Positions 62,134 to 64,000 of a stretch of 64,000 bases of DNA are shown one piece after another. The stretch comes from an uncultured Gemmatimonadaceae bacterium. GTDB lineage: Bacteria; Gemmatimonadota; Gemmatimonadetes; Gemmatimonadales; Gemmatimonadaceae. The stretch covers positions 928,001 through 992,000 of the forward strand of contig CAWJMB010000002.1 of NCBI GenBank assembly GCA_963843845.1, read 5' to 3'. Every line of letters starts with the position of its first letter. Position 1 is the first letter of the stretch. Made by a program: the position numbers and the translations under genes. The notes under the pieces were generated by a model that was given only the letters and a program-made list of their open reading frames with translations, was not told the DNA's origin and ran no database searches.

Positions 62134-62901
62134 TCAGTGCACCTTCCCCGCCGGCACGGAATAGAGCAGCCGCAGCGTCGCCTGGTCGGCGAGCGACAGA
62201 TCGCGCACCCGCACGCGGGCCGCCATGATGTTCGCCGCGTCCGTCGTATGGTCGAGCCCGAGCAGATGCCCGATCTCGTGCAGCGCGATCGCGCGAACCT
62301 GTGGCGCGTCGAGCGGGTCGCCGTCACGGTGGCGCAGCGCGAGGGTGATCTCGCCGTCGACGATCCACCACTGGTCGTCGCGCGACCACACCGTCTTGCC
62401 GCTGATCGGCTCGCGGAAGCGGTCGACCCAGCGCACGTGGATGTCGGCGCGGGCGGAGTCGCGCGTGACGGCGAATCGGACCGGCGCGCCGACGAGGCCC
62501 CATGTCTCGAACGCCGCGCGGACCTCGTTCACGAACGCGTCCTGCCACCCGTCGAGCGCCGTGCCGCGCCCGATCCACACCTGGAGCGCCCGGCCGCCAC
62601 GGTCCGGCCACCGCGCGAGCGCCGAGTCCCGGTCGAGCAGCAGCTCCGCGATGTAGGTGCCCGCCTCGGCTCGGCGGATGCGGTCGCGCACGTCGTCGGT
62701 CCGCATCCGGCGTGCGACGAGCGGGAGGCCGGCGATGGACGCGGCGCTCGCGCGATGCGCGGTCGGCGTCGTCGACGTGATCGGCGCGACGGTACCCGAC
62801 GAGACGCTGCGATGCGGCAGGCCGGTGCGATACGACTCCGAGCCGATGAACGCAGCGAGCGTTCCGAGCACGACGAGGAGCGAGCTCTCGATTCGCTTCA
62901 T
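62134..62901 (-). CDS. Matrixin (M10) family metalloprotease
   Basis: HEIGHLLGLDH with Met-turn NIM. Confidence 0.85.
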   Translation of the reverse strand: MKRIESSLLVVLGTLAAFIGSESYRTGLPHRSVSSGTVAPITSTTPTAHRASAASIAGLPLVARRMRTDDVRDRIRRAEAGTYIAELLLDRDSALARWPDRGGRALQVWIGRGTALDGWQDAFVNEVRAAFETWGLVGAPVRFAVTRDSARADIHVRWVDRFREPISGKTVWSRDDQWWIVDGEITLALRHRDGDPLDAPQVRAIALHEIGHLLGLDHTTDAANIMAARVRVRDLSLADQATLRLLYSVPAGKVH

Positions 62902-63027
62902 GACGGGCGCTGGGGGAGCACGAGGCCGGCGCGCGACGCGGCCTCGACGAGGGAGGAGAGGACGAGCGAGCGAAGGAGGTGCTACGGCGGCGGAGCAGAC
63001 GACGGCGGGCGGTCGCTCGGGAGCGAC

Positions 63028-63936
63028 TTACGACAGGAACGCGTCGACGAGCGGGAAGAACCGGTCGGCGGCCTCGAAGAATGGCAGGTGGCCGGCGCCG
63101 GCGAGCACGTCGAGGTGCGCGGTCGGCAGCAGCGCCACCGTACGGCGGGACTCGTCGGGCGAGAGCAGATCCTCGGCGCCATGCACGACGAGCGACGGGA
63201 CGGAAAGGGAACGCAGGGCGTCGCGCCAGTCGTAGCCGTCGCGCCGCAGGCGGGCGGCGACGGCCGCGCCGGTGACGCTCGTCGAGCGCGGCGGCGAGAA
63301 CATCGCGGCGACCGACGGCTCGGCGAACCAGGCCGGATAGAACGCCCGGGCGTAGGTCGTATGAACGGCCGGATCGGGAACGGTGAGATCGGCTGGATCG
63401 AGCGCGGCGAGCGCCAGGGAGGCGTCGGGCGCGTGGCGACGCAGGTGCGCGAGCGCGGCGTCGTGGAGCGCCGGGAGCCACGCGCCCTCCGCGCCGACCG
63501 GGTCGACGAGCACGAGGCGGCGTGTGTTCGCCAGATCGTGCAGCGCGCCGAGCATCGCGATCCCGCCCCCCCACGAGTGTCCGAGCACGTCCCACCGCTC
63601 GACGCCGAGCGCGACGCGGATGGCGGCGAGATCGCCCGCGTCGTGCTCGATGCGCGCGGCACGGGGGCCCGGCGGGGGAGTGCTCGCGCCGCGTCCGCGC
63701 TGATCGTAGAGCACGATCTGCCGGCGCACGGCGAGCGGGGCGAGGGCGGGCCAGAGTACGCGGTGATCGAACAGCAGCCCGCCGTTGACGCAGCAGAGCG
63801 GCGTCGCGCCCGGGACGGGGGGCGATGTCCAGACGGCGAACGACAGGCCGCGCGCGCTGACCGTGTGACGCGTCAGACGCGCGGGGCGGCCGACCGCCGT
63901 GCTGAAGGCGAGCACACGCTCGCGGGTGCTGGTCAC
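63028..63936 (-). CDS. Alpha/beta hydrolase (proline iminopeptidase-like)
   Basis: NGG, YDQRGRG, GHSWGG, HGAED, AGHLPF. Confidence 0.85.
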   Translation of the reverse strand: MTSTRERVLAFSTAVGRPARLTRHTVSARGLSFAVWTSPPVPGATPLCCVNGGLLFDHRVLWPALAPLAVRRQIVLYDQRGRGASTPPPGPRAARIEHDAGDLAAIRVALGVERWDVLGHSWGGGIAMLGALHDLANTRRLVLVDPVGAEGAWLPALHDAALAHLRRHAPDASLALAALDPADLTVPDPAVHTTYARAFYPAWFAEPSVAAMFSPPRSTSVTGAAVAARLRRDGYDWRDALRSLSVPSLVVHGAEDLLSPDESRRTVALLPTAHLDVLAGAGHLPFFEAADRFFPLVDAFLS

Positions 63937-64000
63937 GCGAGAGGGGATGCGGCGGCGGCGTGGACGACGAGCGTCATGCGGAGGGGAGGGAACTCAAGTG

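Noticed and set aside
63933..64000. 3' end of a further minus-strand gene
   Set aside because: Only about 22 codons visible; no call can be supported

Overview
High-GC (roughly 70-75% by eye), gene-dense bacterial chromosomal segment; gene content and protein style suggest Gemmatimonadota (inference only). No rRNA, tRNA, CRISPR array, transposase or integrase was seen. In order, the window holds: a DUF883/holin-like/DUF3618 trio; a Tad/Flp pilus operon; an ABC-2 exporter; an orphan ModB-like permease with a RuvC-like ORF; nth; a SUF operon with SufR and two SufU paralogs; a CotH-like kinase plus DUF4956 pair; an M23 peptidase; a sugar ABC importer; a 14-kb block of DUF885/CocE/Xaa-Pro peptidase genes joined to a 4-hydroxyproline catabolic pathway; a peptidase-PD40-Omp85 protein; ferredoxin, RNase D, an LspA-like protein, an ECF sigma/anti-sigma/PDZ trio and several hydrolases. 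Two signals stand out. (1) The heptamer GTTAGGC occurs 22 times (counted by eye) and accounts for every in-frame TTA codon I found, two stop codons and one intergenic site, which points to an undescribed nucleotide-level signal. (2) A shared 12-bp operator (ATTGKATMCAAT) overlapping -10 boxes ties a DUF885 putative metallopeptidase to hydroxyproline catabolism. Several genes carry frameshifts that look like sequencing errors.
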